From assembly GCA_018659375.1 (NCBI GenBank), contig JABJMO010000063.1, positions 1,782-65,781 on the forward strand: a stretch of DNA of 64,000 nucleotides, given 5' to 3'. The stretch comes from Methanobacteriota archaeon. GTDB lineage: Archaea > Thermoplasmatota > Poseidoniia > Poseidoniales > Poseidoniaceae. The notes beneath the pieces were generated by a model. It saw only the letters and a list, made by a program, of their open reading frames with translations, made no database searches and was not told the origin of the DNA. The translations under genes and the position numbers were made by a program. Positions 1 through 8,964 of this stretch are shown here, piece by piece. Positions within the stretch are counted from its first letter, which is position 1; the number at the start of each line of letters is the position of its first letter.

Positions 1-208
1 GGTCTAATGCATGAACCGGGTGCGGGATATGTTGTTTCATGACTGCCAAAACTTGGCGTTGTCTTTGCAGCGGCCTCATCCCTTCAAAATCCTCAGTGAT
101 TATTCGGACATGAAAATGGTCACCTGAGCCGTGAAGGTCAATTACTTCCACAACTGCATTAGGCACTGCTTTGAGAACTTCAGATTCAACCCAACTAGCA
201 TCAACCAT
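1..208 (-). CDS. BolA/IbaG family protein (partial; C-terminus lies beyond the window start)
   Basis: Reverse-strand ORF starting ATG at 208 and open to position 1. It is absent from the ORF track because no stop lies in the window. Translation: MVDASWVESEVLKAVPNAVVEVIDLHGSGDHFHVRIITEDFEGMRPLQRQRQVLAVMKQHIPHPVHALD. This fits the BolA pattern D.SG.G.HF.V.I....F.GM....RQR.V......I...HAL. Confidence 0.75.
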   Translation of the reverse strand, partial: MVDASWVESEVLKAVPNAVVEVIDLHGSGDHFHVRIITEDFEGMRPLQRQRQVLAVMKQHIPHPVHALD

Positions 209-295
209 ACTCGCACCTCATATAGCCCTTGCAAAACCATCATTTGAACATGTGGTTTAGAGGATGCTTGAAATGAGGCGTGTCTAGGCATAGAT

Positions 296-1762
296 ATGAC
301 CGAGTCAGTATCACAGCCTCAAGGCCGTGAACTGAATATGGGGAGGGATTCTAGTTGGTTAATCGGCGCAGATATCATTGCGGTTTTTTTAGCCTTAGTT
401 GGCCAAATAGTACTGACAAGAGCATTGATTACCGAAGATTATGGTATCTTCATTATTGCTTTGGATATCTTTGCTACGACGTTTTTGATTATTGATTTGG
501 GTCTGCCAACCATTCTAGCCCGTGATGGTGCGAAATCCGTGGACAAGATATGGCCGGCAATTTGGCGGATTTATCGAATACAATTTTTCTGTATGGTGCC
601 GTTCATTGCCATTGCCACCATTGGTATTTCCATAACGGCAAATGATTGGTCAGAATATTTACACGTAGTAATAATTTGCATGGCTATTGCTTTAGCGCAC
701 ATTTTTAGTTACGCACCGAGATCTGGACTAAGGGCTGCAGGGTTTGCTTCACTAGAGGCGTGGAGTAAGGTGTTGGAACGCTTGGTAACTATGAGCGGTT
801 ATTTGGTGCTATACTATTTGGGTGTTAATTCTGTGGGAAGTTATGCTTTAGCATTCCTAATAGGCGCTTTAGTGGGATTAGCCATTTCAATATTATTTGC
901 TAAATCATACTTGCAAAGTTCAGTTGAAGTTAGCGATTGGTCTAATCTGGGAGAATCATGGATTGATAACAAATCTTTGTTATTGCAATCTTTACCGTTT
1001 GCCATAACCCTTGGAGTACTGCCTTATGTGGTTAGGATTGAAAAGTTCATTGTTGCAGGGACAATGGGAGTTGAGAGTGCTGCATTATTTCATGTTGCAC
1101 AAATTGCCTGGCTTGCTGGTTTGGTTGTCCCCCAAGCCATGAGAGCCGCACTATTGCCAATACTTGGCTCCTTTAGACAAGAAAAATATCGCTTTGAAAG
1201 TGTCATAAACAAATCTCTAGACCTATGCTTTGGCTTATTACCAGTTGGGTTATTTGGTGGCGCATTGTTAATCACATTCATACTACCAAGCGCTTTTCCA
1301 CAACAATACACCGATGGCAGTATTGGGGCTTCGGCAGTACAGCTATTCATGATATTACTACTAGGGTGGTGTTTTACTTTGATTGCAACACCGAGTTATA
1401 CTGCATTACAAGCCGGTAAGAATCCGTGGAAATTTACCATTTTTATTGGCTGTGTTGTCATGTTTGCTGCGATTATTGGTTTCGTATTAATCGGCTATTA
1501 TGCTGATTCAAAAAATTACGGGCTTTATGCAGCAGCAATTGCCTCAACTACCTCTTCGGCATTTTTGTTGTTTTCCTCATTGCATCTAGCACGGCTATGG
1601 AAATTAGTATATCCAAGAAGAATAGAATTTATGGCGACAATTATACTTGCAGCAATCTCATGTTATGGTTTTGCGACAAATTCAATACTTGCATTGAGTG
1701 GAATTGCTTTGTTTATGTTTACTCCAAGAGCTTGGCAAGTAATGAAGACCAACGTTTACTGA
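296..1762 (+). CDS. Wzx/MOP-superfamily polysaccharide (oligosaccharide) flippase
   Basis: 488 aa and almost entirely hydrophobic helices. The N-terminal segment GADIIAVFLALVGQIVLTRAL..DYGIFIIALDIF is typical of polysaccharide biosynthesis/export flippases. It is adjacent to a glycosyltransferase. Confidence 0.7.
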   Translation: MTESVSQPQGRELNMGRDSSWLIGADIIAVFLALVGQIVLTRALITEDYGIFIIALDIFATTFLIIDLGLPTILARDGAKSVDKIWPAIWRIYRIQFFCMVPFIAIATIGISITANDWSEYLHVVIICMAIALAHIFSYAPRSGLRAAGFASLEAWSKVLERLVTMSGYLVLYYLGVNSVGSYALAFLIGALVGLAISILFAKSYLQSSVEVSDWSNLGESWIDNKSLLLQSLPFAITLGVLPYVVRIEKFIVAGTMGVESAALFHVAQIAWLAGLVVPQAMRAALLPILGSFRQEKYRFESVINKSLDLCFGLLPVGLFGGALLITFILPSAFPQQYTDGSIGASAVQLFMILLLGWCFTLIATPSYTALQAGKNPWKFTIFIGCVVMFAAIIGFVLIGYYADSKNYGLYAAAIASTTSSAFLLFSSLHLARLWKLVYPRRIEFMATIILAAISCYGFATNSILALSGIALFMFTPRAWQVMKTNVY

Positions 1763-2801
1763 TTTCCTCAGTGGAAAACTCGTTTGGTATCTTGAATCCT
1801 TCACTCCAATCTGTCTGCAAGGTATTCTCACATGCATCGGCTAATTTTACTGGATCATATTGCTCAACTAAACTTGTTTCTAACAAATATTGGCTGACTT
1901 CCCCAACATTAACTGAAACAACTGGGGTTCCGCAGGCTAGTGATTCTCTGGCCACCAATGGTCCGGATTCCCGTTTGGAGGTGATTAATGTCAAATCGGC
2001 AACTAGCATTCTATCCCACACAATTGTTCTTGGTTGTTGACGTAGCGTAGTAATGCCGACAACCCAGCCACGGTTTTCTAGCTCTTCACCGGTTTGTAAT
2101 GCCAAGAGGTGATTTTTTTCACGCCTCCTTGGGTCGGCTGGGAATAAAATATCAAGTTTGCTTTTGCGCCATCTACCTTGCCAATTTTTGGGTTTAGTTA
2201 ACCATTCATCTTCCACGGCAGTATGGCAACTAATCACCGATGATGCTGTTTTATCCAAACTTTTAGCAATGCTGTGAAGCCTAGAGGAAACAGTAACTAA
2301 GTGGTCACAATCATTGACTAAGCGAATAATTTGACTGGAGATGTTATTATCTTTCAATCCGATGTCAAAATCGTGGCCGTGAACAATTCCCACCCATGGA
2401 ATTCCTGACTTTTTTGCCAATCTAGAGGCTAAATCTCCTGCAGGCCACATAGTGTGGCAGATTATTATTTCTGGAGTCCAGTCGCCTAACCAGGACTCAA
2501 CTTTTTTGGCAATCCGCTTCATACTTCGCATTGTTATGGATGGATATGGATGTCCTGGAAGGCCCCAAAATCTTGGAGCAATGACTCTGGTATTACCGTG
2601 GGTAAATTGTTTTGGCGCCCTTGATACTCCGGTTAATGTTGATCTGCTAGATTCCTGATACTTCAGCATTCTAGGCAATGGATTTACCACTTTTATTTCG
2701 TGGCCCATCGATTCCAATAATTTGACGTTGTCGCTAACAAATGTACCACGAGCCACATTGGTTGGCAGGGGAAATAGTAGTGACACTACCAAGATACGCA
2801 C
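1719..2801 (-). CDS. Glycosyltransferase, GT4 (group 1) family
   Basis: N-terminus MRILVVSLLFPLP...GTFV. The C-terminal ESGPLVARESLACGTPVVSVNVGE matches the E-x7-E retaining GT-B signature (EGFG..LEAMA.G.PVV). Confidence 0.8.
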   Translation of the reverse strand: MRILVVSLLFPLPTNVARGTFVSDNVKLLESMGHEIKVVNPLPRMLKYQESSRSTLTGVSRAPKQFTHGNTRVIAPRFWGLPGHPYPSITMRSMKRIAKKVESWLGDWTPEIIICHTMWPAGDLASRLAKKSGIPWVGIVHGHDFDIGLKDNNISSQIIRLVNDCDHLVTVSSRLHSIAKSLDKTASSVISCHTAVEDEWLTKPKNWQGRWRKSKLDILFPADPRRREKNHLLALQTGEELENRGWVVGITTLRQQPRTIVWDRMLVADLTLITSKRESGPLVARESLACGTPVVSVNVGEVSQYLLETSLVEQYDPVKLADACENTLQTDWSEGFKIPNEFSTEEISKRWSSLLAKLLE

Positions 2802-2819
2802 ATTGCCACCTTCATCGGA

Positions 2820-3494
2820 TTATACTTCAAGGGCTGTTTTTAGCGCTTGAAAGTTTTCTTTGACTGAGGCTTGCTTGTTGAAAAGCCCAGAGCCAACCAC
2901 GCAATTAACAACGCCCCACTTGGCAACCATAGCAATGTTGTGGGCTTTTATGCCACCATCTATCTGTATCTGTACCGGCCTGCCACCATTAGCAACTTGT
3001 TGATCAATCATTGACTTAAGTCGTCTAATTTTACCCTCGACAGAAGCTATGAATGATTGACCGCCAAAGCCTGGATTGACGCTCATTATCAAAACCAGAT
3101 CGAGGTCTGGAAGAATTTCTCTTATTGTTTCGATTGAAGTAGCAGGATTTAGCACAACACCAGCAGTAGCGCCTGCGTCTCTAATTGCCATTATCAACCT
3201 GTGCAGATGAGTTGTCGCTTCGACGTGGACTGATATGTGGTTGCATCCGGCATTGATGTAGTCCATGTAGCATTCCTCTGCATTACTAATCATAAGGTGG
3301 GCATCAAAGTGAACATCGTTGCCAAGCGCATTGCGAAGAGATTTAATTACTGGTGGACCGAAAGTCAGGTTGGGGACAAAATTTCCGTCCATCACGTCTA
3401 AATGAAGTACATTTATGCCTGCATCGACTGCTTCTTGGCATGATACTGCTAGATTTGATAGGTCGGCGGTAAGGATACTTGGTGCAATTATCAT
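2820..3494 (-). CDS. rpe: Ribulose-phosphate 3-epimerase
   Basis: Motifs IIAPSILTADLSNL, HLDVMDGNFVPNLTFG and MSVNPGFGGQSF. I prefer the ATG at 3494 (MIIAPS...) over the track start at 3566, which adds 24 non-conserved residues. Confidence 0.9.
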   Translation of the reverse strand: MIIAPSILTADLSNLAVSCQEAVDAGINVLHLDVMDGNFVPNLTFGPPVIKSLRNALGNDVHFDAHLMISNAEECYMDYINAGCNHISVHVEATTHLHRLIMAIRDAGATAGVVLNPATSIETIREILPDLDLVLIMSVNPGFGGQSFIASVEGKIRRLKSMIDQQVANGGRPVQIQIDGGIKAHNIAMVAKWGVVNCVVGSGLFNKQASVKENFQALKTALEV

Positions 3495-3607
3495 AGCAGA
3501 ACATGTGGTGCCAAACAGCGGATTCTCATGAGCATTGTGCCTCGGATTGTAAAAAATATCGCACAAAGTCTCTTAATGCTCGATATTGACGGAGACTTAG
3601 TGAGACC

Positions 3608-3937
3608 ATGGGCGAAGTAAGGGCAGTCAGCGATTCCGAGTATGAAAATTCAGTGAATGATAGCGAGTGGGTGCTAGTAGACTTCTGGGCCCCTTGGTGC
3701 GGACCTTGTAAAGCAATAGCCCCCGTCTTAGAACAAGTGGCAAGTGAAAGAGAAATACTGATTGCTAAAGTCGATACCGATTCAAATCCTGCCAACGCTG
3801 GGAAACTTGGAGTTAGAGGAATTCCAGCACTATTTTTGTATCATAACGGCAAGGTCGTTTCTAAACAGAACGGTGCAATGCCAAAACCAGCACTATTGAG
3901 CTGGATTGACCAGCACATGTCTGCTGATGATTTCTAG
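3608..3937 (+). CDS. trxA: Thioredoxin
   Basis: 109 aa with the WCGPC active site (VDFWAPWCGPCKAIAP) and a GIRGIPALFLY..GK segment typical of the thioredoxin fold. Confidence 0.9.
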   Translation: MGEVRAVSDSEYENSVNDSEWVLVDFWAPWCGPCKAIAPVLEQVASEREILIAKVDTDSNPANAGKLGVRGIPALFLYHNGKVVSKQNGAMPKPALLSWIDQHMSADDF

Positions 3938-3939
3938 TC

Positions 3940-5451
3940 CTATTGGATATCTCTAAGCAAACGCTCTTTCAGCGCTTCATGAAGCCACATGCCATTAGGC
4001 ATCTCTATCAAAATCCCATGAGAAATCAAGTCTTTGGGTGGCGTCCCGGACCAACCCGATTTAGTAGCCAACAATTCCCAACTTACCGGCTTATCATGAC
4101 TGGCTAGGTTAGTTAGCAGTTGCCTTTCATTGTCGGGTAGTTTGAATAGAATCTCATCATCAAGGAATTGTAACCAGTCGACATGCAAAGATTGACCGTA
4201 TAATTCGAATAATTCCAATGCTAACGGATGCCCTCCGGTTTTTTCAAACACCGATTCTAAGTCTTCATCAATGTTTATCTTAGACAGCCAATTTTCCATT
4301 TCTCGCTTTGAGAGACCCTGCAATGAATGTTCTGTCACTATATCTCTGGTGTGTACATCTCTACGATCATAAACAGTTGGCCTAGTCCGTGAAATCATAA
4401 CTATCCGTAGTGGGGAAGATTTTGAGATTTGCAATAAGGCTCCCAGTAATTTTGCCGCTTCACTCTCAATATGATGTACATCATCGAGTACGATTAGCCA
4501 ATATGGAGGTGGGCCTCCAGATGCTGTTTTAAACCGTTCTCGAATAGTTCTAGCGTCTGTTAAGTAGGCTAGTAATCGTCTTCTCCAAGTATCAACATCG
4601 ACAATTCCTCCAGGATTTAGCGGGAGGGTTTCAATCAAGTTGTATGGGTCGTGTTTCTCATCTATGCCAAAGCGGTGTAGAAGACTGGTTGCTAGCCCAA
4701 GTGGTGTGTCCCAAGGTTGGCAAGGATACCAACAAACGGATAGATTTGGATTATCTTCTAATTTACTATTAAGCCAGTGAGCAACTAAGGTTGACTTGCC
4801 AATACCGGCAATTCCATGAATCACCATGCACGGTTTTCTTTCTCCAAACCAATCATTTAGTTCATCAATTTGACTTTCTCTTCCATGAACTACACGGGTT
4901 TTTGGCGGCTTGTTGTTATATGTTGCATGAGCCCCAGTAAGTGCTTTTAGGCGACCAGGTGGAGTGTTTTCTGATGACTCTGATTTTCTGATTACACCAA
5001 ATCTTATGTCACCGTAAGTTAACACTCCTTCGTGTTGTGCATGCATCAAAATTTGCAATAATGATATATTTGCATCTAGACGTTTGGGGACTTCAGATGC
5101 CTCTAATTCGAGCAATTCTCCTGAATTGTCCCTTATTACGATAGAAATAGCTGACAGGCGTTTAATTGTCGACTTTACCGATTTCCTCCCTTCATCGGTT
5201 AATTGCCAAGTTTTTTGACGCCGATCTTCACCTTTGACATTTCTAGTGTGCTCTGAGACTAATTCCTTGCGCAATAACTCCCGCATGGTGCGGCTAACAT
5301 TGGGTGGGTGGAGAGCACATGATTCAGCAATACCTGGCCTGGTTAATTCCGGTCCAACAAGGTATCTGTCGGCTTGTTCGTTGTTTTCAAACAAATGGAG
5401 CATTACGCGGTCTTGCACTGGGACATTGACCTTGGAAACTCCTGCGCTCAC
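3940..5451 (-). CDS. wHTH + NB-ARC/STAND P-loop NTPase (putative signal-transducing transcription regulator)
   Basis: N-terminal MarR-like wHTH (IAESCALHPPNVSRTMRELLRKELV...WQLTDEGRK). Walker A is VIHGIAGIGKSTLV and Walker B is YWLIVLDDVHH. GGHPLALELF matches the NB-ARC 'GLPLA' motif. I see no TPR or WD40 sensor repeats. Confidence 0.65.
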   Translation of the reverse strand: MSAGVSKVNVPVQDRVMLHLFENNEQADRYLVGPELTRPGIAESCALHPPNVSRTMRELLRKELVSEHTRNVKGEDRRQKTWQLTDEGRKSVKSTIKRLSAISIVIRDNSGELLELEASEVPKRLDANISLLQILMHAQHEGVLTYGDIRFGVIRKSESSENTPPGRLKALTGAHATYNNKPPKTRVVHGRESQIDELNDWFGERKPCMVIHGIAGIGKSTLVAHWLNSKLEDNPNLSVCWYPCQPWDTPLGLATSLLHRFGIDEKHDPYNLIETLPLNPGGIVDVDTWRRRLLAYLTDARTIRERFKTASGGPPPYWLIVLDDVHHIESEAAKLLGALLQISKSSPLRIVMISRTRPTVYDRRDVHTRDIVTEHSLQGLSKREMENWLSKINIDEDLESVFEKTGGHPLALELFELYGQSLHVDWLQFLDDEILFKLPDNERQLLTNLASHDKPVSWELLATKSGWSGTPPKDLISHGILIEMPNGMWLHEALKERLLRDIQ

Positions 5452-5556
5452 AGTTAATCCACTGGTTACTACAACTAAGCGGTTTTGGCATTTTGATAAT
5501 TTGATGTAAGAGCAAAATAACCATAATTCCTTTATTCGAGTAATGATGGGAAGGGT

Positions 5557-8500
5557 ATGGGTTCAGTTAGAATAACACTGTTGGTGCTGTCCATGCTCGT
5601 TTTGGCAACAATGCCAATTATTGTTTCAGCGGACTCAGATGGTGATGGTATAAGTGACGCCTCAGATGACTGCAAATGGTCCTCTGGAACTTCAACCATA
5701 GACAAAACGGGTTGCCCTGATTTTGACGGTGATGGGACCTCGGACATAAATGATCCATGGACTACATCTAATCCAAACTTTCAAACGGAACAAATTCTAA
5801 ATTCAAATCAAGATTATAATGACATTGAATATTCTGGCGACGGTTACAGTTTAGTCACCGGTGCTGATGACGGTTTTGTCAGGACTTGGAATTCATCAAC
5901 CTTCGTCAACATCAGATCTGCTGACCTTGGCTCGCAGATAAATTCTGTAGCATTTTCGCCCAACAGTAATTTAGTCGCTGCTGGTGTTGATGATGACACA
6001 GTGCATATTTTTGATGCTACTACTATGACCAGTCTGTATGGTTCAATTAGTGTTGATGTTGGCAGTGGTGAGAGAGTAAACGATGTTGAATTCTCTTTGG
6101 ATAGTTCGCTACTTGCTGTCTCTATTGGAAGGTCTGGAAATCAAGGAACTAATGGAATTGTTTCATTCATCAATACCTCTACTGGTAACTTTTTCAGTTC
6201 AGGGATAAACCCTGGGCAAGAAGATAGATTTTATGATACTGCATTCTCACCCGATAGTAATTTTATTGCAGTAGGTAGTGAAGGAGATTGGTATATTTCT
6301 GAAATTTCGACAGGGACTACTGTAGCATCGATTTCAAGCCCTCCTGATTCGGTAAATGCTATTGCGTGGTCGCCTGATGGCAATTATATCGTAATGTGTG
6401 GTGCTTACGAGACTAATGGAGCGCGTGTTCAAGTTCACGAATATGATGGTAGTGGCTGGCCAATTATCTGGGAAGTAGGAACAACTACATCTTGCTCTTC
6501 TGTAGACTTTTCACCGGATGGTTCTAAATTTGTTGTAGGAATGTACTGGTATGAAGCTGATGGAGCAACGGCCAAAATATATGACACCGCATCAAGTTTA
6601 CTAATTGATGAATTCTCTGGCCCAAGACCGAATAACTGTGCTGGAACCAACAATAATCAATGTGGCCAAATAGATGGGGTTTCTTGGCATCCAGATGGTA
6701 GTAAAATCGTTACATCTCACACTAGAAATGATGAAGGTGTTTACTTTTGGTATGCTGACCTGGACGAGGATCAAGACGGTTACAATACCTATGACCAAGG
6801 AGACGGCGTAGTTGACGCTTTTCCGACTGATGGTAGTCAATGGAATGATACTGATGGCGACGGTTACGGAGATAACCCTGCACCTGCGACCAATCCAGAT
6901 GCCTGCATAAGTCAATTTGGCACATCGACAGAAGACCGCTATGGCTGTCCTGATACCGATGGTGATGGATGGTCTGATGCAGGTGATTGGGCACCAAATG
7001 ATCCCGAACAATGGGTAGATAGTGACGGGGATGGCTATGGCGACCAGTACTATTACGACGTTACCGCAGTAGTATTCCATACTAATCAGCGTGGTGATGC
7101 TTTTCCAAATAATCCAACACAGTGGAATGACAGTGATAGCGATGGCTGGGGCGATAATTATAATGATCAATCTTGGGATCAAAACCGAGAATCTTCTTGG
7201 CCTGGATTGTTCAAAAGCAACGCCACGCAGGTAGATAAATTTCCACTTGATAACAATCAATGGGAAGATACCGACGGAGATTGGTATGGCGATAACCAAA
7301 TTGGTGATGATGCTGATGGTTGCCCCGATGTATTTGGTAATTCAACCGCTGATAGATACGGTTGCCCTGATACTGACGGTGATACTTATTCTGATCCAAC
7401 TGCTAACTGGGGCAGTATATCTCAAGGCGGATATTGTCAGGCCGACGGTATTCCACTAGATCCAACGCAATGGTGTGACCGAGACGGCGATGGCTATGGC
7501 GATAATGCAGATGGTAATTCACCAGATGAATGCCCAGATGACAAGGGGTATTCATTCATTGACAGAATCGGTTGTATCGATACCGATGAAGATGGTTACT
7601 CAGACCAAGGAGACCCATTTCCAAACGATGCTTCACAGTGGGAAAATAGAGATGGAGACTCACTAGATTGTGGTGGAGATAACCAAACTGGGTTAAATCC
7701 AGATGTATTTCCCGATGACCCTACTCAATGCAAAGATACCGATAGTGATGGTTATGGAGATAACGCAGCCGGAAATAATGGAGATGTATTCAAGAATGAC
7801 CCTACTCAATGGTCGGATTTTGATGGTGATGGTTATGGAGATAATAACGAAACTGGGGCTGTAAACGGAGACATCTGTCCTACCAGAGCCGGTAATTCCC
7901 CAAATCCACTAACTCGAGGATGTCCTGATACTGATGGTGATGGTTTTGTTGACCCCGAAGATGCGTTTCCTGAAAATCCGCTACAATGGTCTGACCAAGA
8001 TGGCGATGGCTATGGTGATGAGGTAAATCGCCCAGGAGGAGATGATTGTGTTGATGTATTTGGATTATCAAATCAAAATAATCGCTATGGATGTTTAGAT
8101 TCAGATGGTGACGGCTGGGCTGATGTAGACGATATATTCCCGCAAGATGGACTGCAATGGGTCGACACCGATGGTGATGGCTATGGAGACAATTACCTTT
8201 GGACTTTGACATTTATTGAAGACCAAGATAACCCTAACAGAATTATCGAATTAAGGCAACAAAGCGGCGATGCTTTTCCTGACTTTTCAAGCGAATGGAG
8301 TGACCAAGATGGCGATGGCTACGGGGATAATTTCAGCGATTTATTCCCACTTGAAGTCACTCAGTGGAGCGACCAAGATGGCGACGGATATGGTGATAAT
8401 TTCACTGGGGGAGCATTCCAACCTGACGACTGCGAAACGGTGTTTGGTCAATCTTATCTCGATGTCTTTGGCTGCCCAGATAGCGACCTAGATGGGATGA

Positions 8501-8964
8501 GCGACACTTCAGATCCTTGCCCATGGGACCCTGAAATCTTTGAAGGTCGAATTGGTAATGTTAAATGTTCAATTACCGAGGATCCGAACTCGGAAAGTAA
8601 CCTTCAATCCGATTCCAATAATGATGACTCGAGTTCAGTGTTAATTTACCTAGGAATCGCGATTGTTGCACTCCTATCGGCAATTATCATTGCCCAATTC
8701 TCCAAAACCTTGGCTAAAAGCAAATCGAAGAAAGGAAAACTCGAAGAAATAATGGTCAATAATGCCTTTTCAGAGGATGAAGAGCGTCGGGATGCTTGGA
8801 TTGAATACTATGTTGCTAATGGACAATTAGATGAAGCTAAGGCTTTAGGTTGGGTAGAGCAAAGTACAGCGGAGTTGCCACAATGGAAACAATTTGAAAT
8901 TCAACAGCAACAAGAACAAGATGATGCGATTCCTACCATGGTTAATCTTGATGACATTCTATGA
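5557..8964 (+). CDS. Giant cell-surface protein: signal peptide, WD40-like beta-propeller, about 20 thrombospondin type-3 Ca-binding repeats, C-terminal TM anchor
   Basis: Signal peptide MGSVRITLLVLSMLVLATMPIIVSADS. WD40-like blades include SGDGYSLVTGADDGFVRTWN and AFSPNSNLVAAGVDDDTVHIFD. D.DGDGYGDN / CPDTDGDGWSD motifs recur, and the TM helix is VLIYLGIAIVALLSAIIIAQF (nt 8638-8700). Confidence 0.8.
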   Translation: MGSVRITLLVLSMLVLATMPIIVSADSDGDGISDASDDCKWSSGTSTIDKTGCPDFDGDGTSDINDPWTTSNPNFQTEQILNSNQDYNDIEYSGDGYSLVTGADDGFVRTWNSSTFVNIRSADLGSQINSVAFSPNSNLVAAGVDDDTVHIFDATTMTSLYGSISVDVGSGERVNDVEFSLDSSLLAVSIGRSGNQGTNGIVSFINTSTGNFFSSGINPGQEDRFYDTAFSPDSNFIAVGSEGDWYISEISTGTTVASISSPPDSVNAIAWSPDGNYIVMCGAYETNGARVQVHEYDGSGWPIIWEVGTTTSCSSVDFSPDGSKFVVGMYWYEADGATAKIYDTASSLLIDEFSGPRPNNCAGTNNNQCGQIDGVSWHPDGSKIVTSHTRNDEGVYFWYADLDEDQDGYNTYDQGDGVVDAFPTDGSQWNDTDGDGYGDNPAPATNPDACISQFGTSTEDRYGCPDTDGDGWSDAGDWAPNDPEQWVDSDGDGYGDQYYYDVTAVVFHTNQRGDAFPNNPTQWNDSDSDGWGDNYNDQSWDQNRESSWPGLFKSNATQVDKFPLDNNQWEDTDGDWYGDNQIGDDADGCPDVFGNSTADRYGCPDTDGDTYSDPTANWGSISQGGYCQADGIPLDPTQWCDRDGDGYGDNADGNSPDECPDDKGYSFIDRIGCIDTDEDGYSDQGDPFPNDASQWENRDGDSLDCGGDNQTGLNPDVFPDDPTQCKDTDSDGYGDNAAGNNGDVFKNDPTQWSDFDGDGYGDNNETGAVNGDICPTRAGNSPNPLTRGCPDTDGDGFVDPEDAFPENPLQWSDQDGDGYGDEVNRPGGDDCVDVFGLSNQNNRYGCLDSDGDGWADVDDIFPQDGLQWVDTDGDGYGDNYLWTLTFIEDQDNPNRIIELRQQSGDAFPDFSSEWSDQDGDGYGDNFSDLFPLEVTQWSDQDGDGYGDNFTGGAFQPDDCETVFGQSYLDVFGCPDSDLDGMSDTSDPCPWDPEIFEGRIGNVKCSITEDPNSESNLQSDSNNDDSSSVLIYLGIAIVALLSAIIIAQFSKTLAKSKSKKGKLEEIMVNNAFSEDEERRDAWIEYYVANGQLDEAKALGWVEQSTAELPQWKQFEIQQQQEQDDAIPTMVNLDDIL
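6757..8512 (+). repeat. Coding repeat region: thrombospondin type-3-like DxDxDGxxDxxD units arranged in a roughly 55-60-aa super-repeat
   Basis: About 20 D-x-D-G-D-G-(Y/W)-(G/S)-D units counted by eye. About six larger units have the form C..vFG.s...RyGCpDtDGDGwsD..D.fP.dp.QW.D.DGDGYGDN. At DNA level the motif gatggcgatggctatgg(c/a)gataa recurs. Confidence 0.75.

Noticed and set aside
1597-2040. A 147-aa plus-strand ORF overlapping the 3' end of the flippase and the GT4 gene.
   Set aside because: It lies out of frame within or antisense to two genes with good family signatures. Its own translation has no motifs.
6601-7299. A 232-aa minus-strand ORF (plus 6722..6997 and 7211..7399) antisense to the thrombospondin-repeat region.
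   Set aside because: The translation is monotonous (I/V/P/R-rich). It is the expected antisense reading of GAT-GGC-GAT-rich repeats. The plus-strand frame carries clear TSP3 motifs, a signal peptide and a TM anchor.
6757-8512. The repetitive DNA of the TSP3 region, considered as a CRISPR-like or satellite array.
   Set aside because: The repeats are degenerate, irregularly spaced, in frame, and encode a well-known Ca-binding motif. There are no unique spacers and no cas genes.
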